Shown here: piece by piece, positions 23,019 through 35,200 of the stretch | Position numbering within the stretch: the stretch's first letter is position 1 | Layout: every line of letters starts with the position of its first letter | Source of the DNA: Azolla caroliniana | Taxonomy: Eukaryota; Plantae; Polypodiophyta | Assembly (NCBI GenBank): GCA_043228905.1 | Contig: JBHGNT010000005.1 | Span: 17,484,001 to 17,548,000 of the forward strand | Length of the DNA stretch: 64,000 nt | Direction: 5' to 3' | Notes under the pieces: generated by a model | Database searches by the model: none | Told to the model about the DNA's origin: nothing | The model's input: the letters and a program-made list of their open reading frames with translations, nothing else | Position numbers and translations under genes: made by a program

Positions 23019-25462
23019 GTTTGACCTTTTAGAAGATCAGTAAACGGCGTCGTCAATTGTGAGTAATTACGAAGAGATTTTCGCAAAAATCCGACAAAAC
23101 CAAGGAATGATCGAACTTCTCGAATATTCCGAAGAGTGGGCCAAAGCTTGATTTTCTCGATGCGAGAAGGATCAATTTCAACTCCTCGTTCGGTTATGAG
23201 ATGTCCAAGATAAGTAATTGATTTCTTGAAGAACTCACATTTTGAGATCTTCACGTAAAATTGTTTGTTAAGCAATATTTGTAAAACAAAGCGGACATGT
23301 CTAGCATGTTCTTGTAATGTACGGCTATAAACTAAAATATCATCTAAGAAGATAACGACAAATTTTCCAAGTTGTTCTCGGAAAATGTCATTCATTTCTT
23401 GTTGAAATGTAGCCGGAGCATTGGTCAAACCAAAAGGCATAACCAAAAACTCATAATGGCCGTAGCGCGTACGAAATGCTGTTTTAGGAACATCGTCCTC
23501 ACTTATTCGTATTTGATGTTAGCCAGTACGGAGATCAAGTTTCGTAAAATACCGAGCTCCCTGGAGACGGTCAATTAGATCGTCAGCCCGGGGCAATGGG
23601 TACGAATTCTTGATCGTCACTTTATTCAAGCGTCGGTAATTAATACACATACGCCATGTGCCCTCTTTCTTTTTAACCAAGAGAACTGGTGCACCCCATG
23701 GAGATTTACTATAACGTATATAACCCATTCGTAAATAGTCCTTAAGTTGCTTAGCTACCTCATCCTCTTCAGATCGACTTAGGCGATACGGAGGTATACT
23801 AATGGGTGCAACGCCAGGTACAATATCTATACGATGGTCTATATTACGTTTAGGAGGTAAACCATCGGGTAGTTCACTCGGAAAAACATCACGAAAATCG
23901 TTTACGATTTCATCAAGTTGTTTTTGTTCAAAATATGTTAATTGACCCGAGACATTATCGATATTGTAAACGTGAATGTCCGGATCAAGTACACAATAAA
24001 ATAACATAGAACAAGACAACTCGGATATTGATGGACACGAGGAAACAATCGAGAGGGATTGTTTTTTTACACATTGAATAAAAAGCGTACAATCGTTGAG
24101 TACAAAAGAAATGGAATGGCGAACCCAATCAATAAATAAAGAAGAGCTTTTATTATAAAACCAGGGATAACCCAGTATTACATCGGTGGTACTAAGATTC
24201 ATTACATGGAAGTCTACTTCCTCTATATAGGTATCAATAGAAATTCCTAAAGAATGAATCACCCCGTTGATGTGTTGTACTCTTCCATCAGCCAAGTGCA
24301 CAGTGTAGGTGTGATCACTTACGGTGGGTTGGATTCCCCATATCTGTACCAAACGATCATTCACAAAATTGTGTGAGCTTCCCGAATCAAATAAAAATTG
24401 TACGGGAGATCCATTGATATACCCGTTTGCACGTAGTAAATCATTGGGACCCAATACATAATGAGGGAAAGAACATTGACAATTACTCAAATGATGTGTA
24501 TAGACCTGAAGGACATTAGGAATCTGACCTTTATGGTCTGTAGCTTTAGGTTTGGCGTTGTGCTCTTTTCGTTGGAGCTTACGACATTGCTCTTTTGTAT
24601 GACCCTTCTTTTTGCAGAATACGCAAAAAGGATGTTGTCGCTTATAATCGCGATCCATGAATTCGTTGGGTGTCTTGCGTTTCCCAACGAATTGCGACTG
24701 CTTAGTCCCGGGCGCTTCGTTGGGTTTGTTATGGTCCTTCTTCGAAGTGCGTTGATAGCGAAGAACTATCTCAACGGCCTCTTCGAAGGATTTTGGATCC
24801 TTATCGTGCACTATCCAGTGATAGTCCGAATTGGGGATGCCATTGACAAAACAAGCTATTAACCAATTGTCCCCTTCTAGACCTGATTTTTGGATTTGGG
24901 TTCTAGCATGGTGGACATAGTCTTCTAGCGAGGAAAACTTCCTGCTAGAGAGGTTCATTAAAGCTTGTGCTGCCTCGGTTCGAGAGGGAGGTTGTAGAAA
25001 TTGACCCTTGAAAACTGTGACAAAGTCTGTCCAGGTCTCGGGCAATCTCCCCAAAGTTCAAAGCCCACGCCACCAAGCGGCGGCCTTACCCCCTAGTTCT
25101 CGGCCGACATATGCAATCTTCGTACTATTTGGCGTGGGATAGAGCTCAAAATGAGACTCCCATCGGCCCAGCCACGTGCAGATTGCTTCTTCGGTTCTTT
25201 CCTTTTTATCTCCCGTAAATGGCTTTACGACAAATGATGGTTCACCCTGACGCTCATCAGGTCTATTAATCTCATTTTGGAGACTAATGACTCGTGCCTT
25301 GAGAGCACTTTGAGATTGCCGAAATTCGGTCAACTGCTGCGCGGTTGAACTAAGGAAATGTTGTACTTGTAAAATATACGCCTCAATGGACATTGTCCCA
25401 TGAGGATTTCCTTGAGGTCTTTCCGCTTGAGCGGAGGGCATCGGGTCGTTATTCTGAGCCAT
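23019..25462 (-). pseudogene. gag-PR-RT of E (single frame; stops at 25058 and 23519)
   Basis: [47 protein letters not shown]. Confidence 0.92.
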
Positions 25463-27634
25463 TGAATGATTATTTCTGGCAAAGAAATAAGATAAGGTCA
25501 GACAAATAGTCATAACATCTTGTCGTGGTGTAAACATATCATGGGCAAACATTAATCGATATCATGATCTCACGTCAATACCCCTCTAGACGTATGAGAT
25601 GAGGTTCAAGATCAGGTTACTATGGTAACACAGAGGTGTTTTAAAAACCATGGGGGTGACAAATGAATGCCTTTCCCTGATCTCTATATCGATTTTTTTC
25701 ATGGCGGCTCCCCGAGGCTCAACCATGTATGTTCGCGTCATGAATAGTTTATACACGAAAAAAATGTTAACAATAACTATGTTTCTGTGCCCACATATGT
25801 GGTTTCGGCTCTTTAAGTCCTATTACGAGGACCCCGAAGTGCACTTAGACCTAAAGTCTAAACATGTATTATAGTCATATGTATCAACGATGTTGTATGG
25901 TGTTGGTCATATTTGAACTCGAGACCTCGAGGACAAATACATTAAACACTTGAGCCAACCAAGTAGATTGCGCGTCTTGAATGTTTAATGTTTGAGGCGT
26001 ATTCGAGATATGCGAGGCATTTGCCCCTATATGTTTTTGTTTAAAAGAAACACATAGGTCAAGTGGCCTTATTTCTCCCTCATTTATTACCCACTATGGT
26101 TGTACGCTACCTAACCTCAAGCCTCGTAATTACGATGGCATATGCCAAAGTGTAACCTAATGGTCAAGCCGAATGAGCCCTTGTGTCTTCGTAGGCTCAT
26201 GTGGCCCATCACATGGTCACGTCATTACGAATGCCACTCGTAAGAACGAGCTCATGGTGGCATCGTATCCATGTAACGAGGGGAGATGTTGGATACGTGT
26301 GTCATTAGAGCGACCCTACTTGATGTGGATCAAGCCCGACGTATTCAACATCATTTTGGCTATACGAGGTTCGTTACGTAACGAAAGATCAAAGTGACCA
26401 ACGGGAATTTCAACAATAAAAATTGTTGATAAAAGGGATGGTGACAACGCCATTCTCACAAAAATGTGAGGACGGCCACCAAAATCCTCTCCCCAATTAG
26501 GAAAACATTTGATATGAATCACGTAATCTAAAATATACACATATGTCAATATATCACATATATACGATCAGAGACGTATATAAGTGACCACATATGCGTA
26601 TACTAAATGAATCGTTTTTTTTATATAGCCAACAATGATGTATTCGGGATACGTAATCGAGGCATATACCTCTACGCACACGAAACATCCGAAAATAAGG
26701 TTAAGCGTAATTCGCAATTGAGGTATTGACCTCTTACGCATAGTAAATCCAACGCATATCATTTCGAACGAATCGAGGTATTGACCTCGTACGCGAACGT
26801 AACATATGTTCGTGAACGTAATACGCAATTGAGGTAGTAACCTCGTACGCATACGACACTCATCACATATGATTTATATGTCAAACGAGGTATTGACCTC
26901 GTGGACATATGTAAACGTTTAAGATAACCAATTAAATACCACGTCAACATCATTGAATATATGAAAAAAAAACTACATATTAAGTATACACATGTATAGA
27001 AGGGAGAAGAAAAATTAGATAAAAAAAAATTAAGGAAAATTTACCGAAGTTCTTTCGCTAATCCTTGTCTGCATGAAGGCGACCGCACAACGATCAATCG
27101 CCATCCCACGCGAAGACAAAAAGAAAACCAAAAGAAACGTTAGTACATATGCTCTGATACCAAATATTAGAGATTAGGTACTAAAGTAAGCATAAAATAA
27201 GGATATATCAATGATAGATCTAGAAAGAATAGAGAGAAAAGAGAGAAAGAAGGGTGCCGATCCACCCGACCACCCCCGAGTGAAGGGATCGAGACGGACT
27301 CGAGCCTCGATCGGCGTCCCATACCACCGCCTTGGCGTCGAGTCGTACCTGGATGATAGCGCGCTTGCTACAAGAGTCGTTCCACTCACGGACAGAGTCT
27401 CGACGTAGTCAATGCATGCCCAAATGAGGGTAGCTAGGCCTCTTATTTATAGTAATTCTCAAGGCCCCCAACCATGTTCACACTTGGCCTCATGGGTTGT
27501 CTCAATCCCGAGGATTAAAAGTAATCCTCCCCTTCTTTAGACACTTTGTTTAACCCTCACACTTATCCACGTGTATAGAATACTACGACAATTCTCACCA
27601 CGGGATATTATATGGTCATGCCCGTAACACCCGC

Positions 27635-29929
27635 CATATGGGTGTCGTGACAATGTTGGACGATTTGAAGGCAACAGGAGCAATCGGGGACATATACGCG
27701 CTTCTTAAAGAATAACAAACCATCATGATATTCGAATTGTCGGTAGTCAATACCTGGTTGTTGAGACTGAGAACAGGATGCCCGAGAAGTATCAATGTGC
27801 GCTAGGATGTCTTGAGCAAAACTATCCGTCTTCAAGTTTGCACGTATGTCATCGGTAATCCGTGAATCCATCGGGGTGTGAAAAATCCGCGTCGTGTGCA
27901 ATCGTGTTGGTCCCAAGATTACTTGCTTTTGATTATCAAATGTTGGATCACCAGGACGAGGTGCAAGATATGAACGCTGTGATAGTGCATCTGCTTTTCC
28001 TTGCTGCTTCCCCAGTCGATATGTGATTTTGAAGTCGAAACGCGTGAGGAATTGCGCCCACCGAGCTTAACGTCGATTTAGTACGCGACCGTTCTAGAAA
28101 TAAGCAAGATTTTTATGATCACTAAAGACAACGACCTGATGTGGAGAGCCCTCTAAGAAATGCCGCCATTGCACAAATGAATCCACGATGGCTAATAACT
28201 CCTTGTCATGTATTTCGTAGTTGATTTACGCAACATCGAATTTGTGCGAATGGAAAGCCATCGGATGCAACTCTTCTTTATCTCCTTGTTGAGAAAGGAT
28301 GCTACCGAGGGCGAAATCTGAAGCATCGGCCTCCATGATGAATGGTTTGCTAGTATCCACATGAGCTAGAATCGGTGCTGATGTAAAGGCTTTCTTAAGA
28401 TGCCGAAAAGCCATATCTGCTTCAATGGACCAAAGAAATGCTTGGCCCTTCTTTGTAAGTTGTGTGAGGGGTAGGATAATCTTCGAGTAATCCTGTATAA
28501 ACTTACGGTAGAAGTTAGCAAAACCTAGAAAACATTGTACATCTCGTACCGACCGTGGAATTTGCCACTCTAGTACAGTTTGGACTTTAGCTGGATCCAT
28601 GGCGATGCCCTTTGAGGAGATGACGTAGCCTAGAAATTCCACTTGCTTGCAGTCAAAGCTACATTTTTCTAGCTTGGCATAAAGACCATTCTCGCGGAGT
28701 CGCTTTAGTACTAATAGTACATGAGAATCGTGCTCTTGCTAGGTCTTCGAATAAATCAATAGATCATCAAGATAGATGATCAAACGGATATCCAAGAGGT
28801 CTCTGAATATATCATTTGCCATGTGTTGGAAGACTGCGGGTGCATTGGTTAGGCTAAACGGCATAACAGTATACTCGAAATGCCCATATCGCGTGCGAAA
28901 GGCGGTCTTCCATTCATCTCCCGGTCGGATCCGCACGAGGTTATACGCTCCTCGTAGATCGATTTTGGTAAAAAACTTGGCACCATTAACTCGCTCTAAA
29001 AGACTTGATATAAGAGGAAGTGCATACCTATTCCGGATGGTGACCTTATTCAATCTGCGGTAATCAACGACGAGACGAAGTGAGCCATCTTTCTTCTTGA
29101 CAAAGAAGATGGGTGCACCGGCCGGAGATTTCAAATGATGGATGAACCCGCTTGCCAAGTTCTCCTCTATGTAGGCTCGAAGGACTTCTAACTCGGTGGG
29201 TGACAAGTTGTAAATTGGTCCCCATGGTGGCTCGGTTCCTGGTTGTAAATCGATGGGACAATCATAGGGACGGTGATGAAGAAGGGTACCGGCTTTTACC
29301 TTGTCAAATACATTGGCATAAGGATGATATTTTGCCGGAAGTTGTACTGAGGAGCCCTTAATAGTGCTGGAAGGATGTACTAATATTGCAAATAGGAACA
29401 TTGCCTCCTTGTGTCCTTCTTCGCGTAATTGATGGAGTGAAATGGTCGAAACTCGGTGAGTAGATTCTTGGGGTGGTCGATATCGGACTTCTCTTGTTCT
29501 CCAATCTATGGTTGGATTATGTAATTCAAACCAAGGTAATCCTAGGACAATGGGATGCTCTAGACTACTAATTATATTAAATGATATTACACACACAAAA
29601 CTACCTAGGACAACTTGAATGGGTTCTGATTCTTCTACAATATTCTCAGAAGCAATGGGACGACCATCAATGACTACTACAGATACGGGACAAGGAAGTT
29701 TTCTAAGGGATATCTGAGAAGCTTGGGCAAAATTTCGATCCATGAAACAGGAATTAGCTCCAGAATCTAAGAGTGCTAGGACGGGTACTGGGGGAGTACT
29801 TTTAGTACTAACAATGACTTGGGCTAGGAACACATTGCTAACTTGCTTGGAAGGAATGGAACCACTAATGGGCTGTACAGATCTAGGGCTGTTGTCCAAC
29901 CAAACGGCTCCTATTTTGGCTGGACTCAA
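27635..29929 (-). pseudogene. pol (PR-RT-RH) of D
   Basis: LLDSGANSCF, DYRRLN, YLDDLL, EADASDFALG; several stops. Confidence 0.9.
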
Positions 29930-31083
29930 TCGTTTAACTCTTCATCTAATTGACTAAGGATTTCAAATTTGTTTGAGATACTTGGGCTATTAGTACTATG
30001 AATACTATTTGACACTCTATTAGTACTATTAATACTATCAGACACTCCGAAGGGAAGAATTGACTCGGGTTTAGTACAAGCGACGATTTGATTTACCTGT
30101 CTTCTTGGCCTATGGGGACAATTGATGGCGATATGCCCTGGTCCACCGCAATAAAGACATAATCGATTGGCACGTCGTCGTTGCTTTTCTTCTTCCGATA
30201 ACGGGCCGCATCGACGCATGGTGTCGATCTCCATCGGTGTCGGAATATTGGCTTGGGGTACATCGCGTGCAAACGGTTTAGCCGTGACTGAGGCTTATGT
30301 GGGTTCTGACCGAGAGCGTGGTATTTGTAACTGACGCTCCGAACGCCGTTTGAAAAGGCGGTTGTCGCATCGGACCACTCGACTGATTGCCTCCGTAAGA
30401 GACTTTGGTTCTTCGGGGAAGGTTAAAAGCAGATCTTTGACATCATTGCGCAAGCCATAGCGAAACTGCTCCATGAGGGCCTGATCATCCCAGGGAATAT
30501 CTTAGGCAAGTAGACGGAAATCCGCCGCGTAGGCAGAGGCTGGACGATCGCCTTGACGCAATCTTCGGATCTTGTTGATCGCCATCTTGATGTTGTTGGT
30601 ATCTTCAAAGCAGGCTTTAAACTCACCAATAAAATCTTCAAAGTTATTAAGCAAGGGTGATTGTTTTTCTAGAAGCGGAGTGAACCATGCCAAGGCTGAG
30701 CCGCTAAGTAACATGCCTATTAGGCCGACTCGAGATGCATCAGTGGGATATCAGGAAGGATGCATCTGGATGACTAAGCATACCTGATTAAGGAATCCCC
30801 GGAATTGCGATCGCGTTCCATCAAATTTCACAGGAAGTCCAATCTTGGGCTCTTTATGAAATCCTTGGGGACTTGATCTTTGTTGTTGCAACGCTGCTTC
30901 GAGTTGTTGTACCCATAATGCTAACTCCCCATGTTGTTGTTGCGTTTGTTGTTTTTCGAGAGTGATTTATTGCAGATCCCCTATCAACCGTTGGTTTTCT
31001 TGTTCCAGGGCAACAAATTTTTCTTTTACGCACTGTAACTCGGAGAAAACGGATTGATATTCTTGGGCGCTAACAGTAGCCAT
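29926..31083 (-). pseudogene. gag of D
   Basis: LLSGSALAWF, MEIDTM..CLYCGGPGHIAINC (PEG10/RTL/Tf-type gag); several stops. Confidence 0.85.
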
Positions 31084-31608
31084 AGTATAGGGAAAAGGGT
31101 AGGAGGATGAGGGAGAACGACAAGTAGGCTGGAGGAAAGGAAGAAAATTGGTTCAAACTGTCAGGAATAGTACTAAAGAAGAGATGGAATTAGTACTAAG
31201 AAGAGTAGTATTATTAGTACTAAGAGGACAGGACTGCGTAAGATTCCCGAGAGAGGAAGTGAGAAGAGGAGAGAGAGAGATAGCGAGGATGAGAGAGAGA
31301 GAAAGATGATGTCAGCAGCTAATATATTATGTGAAAAGATAAGTACAAAGCGGTTGAGAGGCTTAAGACTGGAGTTGAACCAATTTGGTTCAACATAATG
31401 CCTAGTGCCTTCTTTTATAGTGTTGTCAGGAGTAATCTTAAAACTTCTAGAATGTTCCAGAGAAATATGGAATATACATTACTTTCTTATAATAAAACAT
31501 AAATGAAAATAATATTCTATGAATTACAATAGATGGTGTGATGGTTAAGAGCTCGACCCATATACCATAAGGTCATGGGTTCGAGTCTTGCCATATCATG
31601 ACACCTTA

Positions 31609-32258
31609 TGTACGCGATGGTCGCGACATGGCCTGATATTTCTCATGTCGTAGGAGTCATCAGCAGATTCATGCACAACCCCGACCGATCGCATTGGAAT
31701 GTAGTCAAGTATGTGTTCAGATATCTAGCTGGCACAAAAGACCACGACATTCTTTTCGGCCCGAACTCAACCTCAGGCATAGTCGGTTACACCGACTCAG
31801 ACTTCTCCGGCTGTGTGGACAGTCGGAAATCAAGAACGGGATATTGTTTCAAATTCAGCAATGGAGCAATCTCGTGGAAGTCAAAACTTCAGGAGTGCAC
31901 AACTACCTCAACGACCAAAGCGGATTATGTAGCTGCGTCCGACACAGCAAAAGAAGCTTCATGGCTCGGTTGGCTGGCGCACACGTTTTGATAGGTCGAC
32001 TCCGACTCGGCTCCAATTGTCTACAGCGACAGTCAGGGTGTTGTTGCTTTGTCAAAGAATCCAGTTCACCACAACGCCTCCAAGCATATCGACGTTCGGT
32101 ATCACTTCATTCGGGACTGCGTCATTTGAGGGAAAATCGGTCTAGAGAAAATATCCACAACCGATAATGTTGTAGATGAAATGACCAAGTGTCTTTCAGC
32201 GGATCGTTTCCGGTCCCTTCGGCACCAGATGGGCGTAACAAAAAATCGGTCCGGTTAA
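31609..32258 (+). pseudogene. RT C-terminus and RNase H of C
   Basis: MYAMVATWPDI, GYTDSDF, ISWKSKLQ, KHIDVRYHF; continues the frame from 15079. Confidence 0.88.
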
Positions 32259-35200
32259 AGTCGGACACACAGCACAAGATGGTTTTGGACCACAGACATC
32301 AGTTCTTTGAGGATCGGCTTGAGCTCTTCCGACCTGACCGGTTCGGTCTTCTGGCTTCGGATCTTGCTGACGCTAACAAAACTGATCTGTCCGATAAACC
32401 TTGTATATACTTGTAATTTTTTAGATCACCCATGTATACGCCCATTACAAGGGAGTGTTGAAAACGAGTGTATAATGGCCGTATTCACACTATCCCTTTG
32501 GACAACCCAAGTTTGGGCTATTTCTGTAAATAGCATAAAGGGTAGTTGCCCTAGGACAGTCACTATATAAAGTGACTTTGTAACCTTTAGAAAAGGTTGT
32601 TGTCATTGTTGTAACTGTTACTAAGAAATAAAACGTCTTCTTTGTGCCTCTCTCTCTCTCTGTGTGTTTATCATGCTCATGTGCATACACAGGTTCATCT
32701 TCATCGCGAATGTTGCTTGCACTTCCGCACTAACGGCCTTGTTCCCCAACAGAGGGCCAAATCATCGCACAAGGGTGCCAAAATGGGAGGATGTTCATAG
32801 GCACCGCTTTGTTTGCGAAAGGACAAATTGTTGAGTCGGATATCGACTTGTGGCACAAGCGGATCAGCCACATCAACTATCAGAGGCTTCAAGACCTGCA
32901 ATCGAAACAGGTTGTTTTCGGTTTGCCGAAATTTAGTGGCTGGAAGGCCCAAATATGTGAAGCCTGCCAGCTCGGGAAGGAACACTAGCTTCCGTTCCCC
33001 ACCGAAAGAAACCGAGGCTATAACAAGCTTGACTTGATACATTCAGATGTTTGGGAACCAACACAGAACATTAGTCTTGGCAGGAGCCGATATTTCGTCT
33101 CCTTCATCGACGACTACAACCGGCACACATGGATCTACCTAATGGAAAGGAAAAGCAAAGTTTTCGACTATTTCAGGAACCTGCAAAGTTTTGTGGAACG
33201 GGAAACGGAGAGGAAGATCAAGTGTCTACGATTGGATGGCGGAAAAGAATACTTTTCCGGCCAATTCAACAGTTATCTACAACAAAATGGAATTCGGAGG
33301 GAATTCAACTGCCAATACACACCGAAACAAAATGGTGTGGCTGAAAGGAAGAACTGGTCCATTGTGGAGGCGGCACGGGCAATGCTAGAAGAGAAGAGCA
33401 TGCCCAAGTTCTACTGGGCCGAAGTGGTCCAGAGGACCATCTACATCCAAAACCGGATCAAGGATAAGGTGTCAACATATGAGCTGTATGTTGATATACA
33501 AGCTCAACATTGGGTGCGTAAACCAGTGCGTAGACTAGGTGCATAAACTGGGTACACAACGAGAGGCCGTAGCGGTGCGTAAACCGGGAGACCGTTGGAT
33601 AGATATTCCGCGGAGGAATATGTTTTTGGGAGTTATTGTAGGGGCTCATTGATGAGCATTGAAGTACTTCTGTCGGTCCGTATGGACATGTATAAAAGTG
33701 CTCTCTGAGCACATCCTATGTTCAAAGTTTTAGAGTATTGTTTTGGAATAGAGTTTTTTGTGTTCTGCTCTCTTTGTCTCTCCCGCATACACTATGTCGA
33801 TTAAGCTTTCCATTAAACCTTCCTTGTCTTCCTTGTTTGGTGTCTTTTATCTGTTGTTACCAATTGTGTCTATTAAGCTTCCACACGTATTCCGTTACAT
33901 GGTATTAGAGCGCGAGGGTTGAGATCCTTTGCTGGCGACAAACAGACAAACCCTAATCATTGTGAAGAATAGAAGAAGGAAAGAATGGACAGAGGAATGA
34001 CTAACTCGCTTCCAACGGAGAAGCTGGATAGAAGCAACTACTTATCTTGTTCGTACAAGATGCACCAGTACCTGCTCAGGAATGGCTACTAGAGTTATGT
34101 TGATGGAGCTAATGACGCAGCACCCGAATCGACACACAGAGATTTCCCAGCCTGGGAACAAGTGGCAAGCAGAGTTCTCTTTTGCTTCGCATCCTGTGTG
34201 AGTGATAAGCTTCTGAGCTATATTCGGGATGTGAGGATGCTGAAAGATGCTTGGGGAAATTTGAAAAAGATTTTCGCCATTAGCACTACAACCACAAAGC
34301 TCCAACTCAGGCAAGAGTTGAGCAATGTTCGAGAACAAGAAATATCGGTGGTTGATTACACCTCCAAGATCAAGGACATCGCGATTCTCTCGCCTCCGTC
34401 GATGTAAACATTGAGGACGACGAAATGGTGTAGGTCTGTCTTGGAGGGTTAGCGTCGAAGTTCGGAGGTTTCCAAACTGTGGTCTGTACGAGGGAGAATA
34501 CACTGTCGTTTTTCAACTTACAATCGATGCTTCTAGTAGAAGAGAACCATGCAGGTGCGTCAACAAGTATGCACAACGACAACAAGATGTTGTACACGGA
34601 GGAAGATAGTCCCCGTCGTCGTCGTGCGAGGCGAGTGGGCACGCAATGGATGTAGCCGACAAGAGCAAGATGGAAGACATGGTCGTAATGCCAACAATAG
34701 TTCTAGACCCTCTAGAAGCAAGGGGAGTCGAGGCAGCCCCGCAAACCGGCAAGGAAAGCCTACCGCGGAATGTTGGTATTGTGGCAAGAAAGGCCACAGG
34801 GAGAGCGAGTGCTGGAAGAAACGCGCTGATTCGGAGAAAATCGCATCCGGCTCCGAGCGGACCGAACAAGGAAATCAGTAGTGATCGCACTATGCTGAGG
34901 GCTCCGAATGAGCCAAAAATGGATTGGGCCCAACCTTTGTTATGAAGCACAAGGCCAATTCGATGGCGATGAACACCTCACAACTGAACGAGGTGTGGTA
35001 TGTTGACTCCAGAACGTCAAATCATATGACAAGTCACGAGGAATGGTTCTCGTACTTGGAGAAACCGGAAAAACTAGGAGTGGTTGAAATTGGAGACGAC
35101 ACTCCTCATACCATCAAACATGTTGGTGAAGTTCCCCTCAGCCACGTCGGGAAGTAAGGGAAACTCATGAACGTGCTACACGTCCTGACAATAATGAAGC

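Larger units (their letters stand above)
16897..27629 (-). mobile_element. Ty3/Gypsy chromovirus E (tRNA-iMet PBS), inserted in D; host of F
   Basis: 465-bp LTRs 27165-27629 and 16897-17361 (2 differences seen); TSD CCCGC at 16892-16896 and 27630-27634; PBS 27151-27162; PPT 17362-17375. Confidence 0.95.
15080..31603 (-). mobile_element. Ty3/Gypsy chromovirus D (Tcn1-like, no tRNA PBS), inserted in C; host of E
   Basis: LTRs 31159-31603 (5') and 15080-15610 (3'); TSD CCTTA at 15075-15079 and 31604-31608; PPT 15611-15626; PEG10/Tf-like gag; PR-RT-RH-INT-chromodomain order. Confidence 0.93.
11045..32751 (+). mobile_element. Ty1/Copia C (Tnt1/Tork-like gag), inserted in B; host of a solo LTR and D
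   Basis: LTRs 11045-11311 and 32456-32751; TSD GAGGG at 11040-11044 and 32752-32756; PBS TGGTATCAGACC 11314-11325; PPT AAGGGAG before 32456. Confidence 0.92.

Noticed and set aside
26659-26900. CRISPR array
   Set aside because: Repeats are only 14 nt, spacers are related to each other, there are no cas genes, and the context is a eukaryotic retrotransposon leader
31527-31597. Functional tRNA gene (also 15541, 19960, 22848, 51005)
   Set aside because: Acceptor and anticodon stems do not pair; only A/B boxes and a T-arm-like part remain, so it is reported as tRNA-like only
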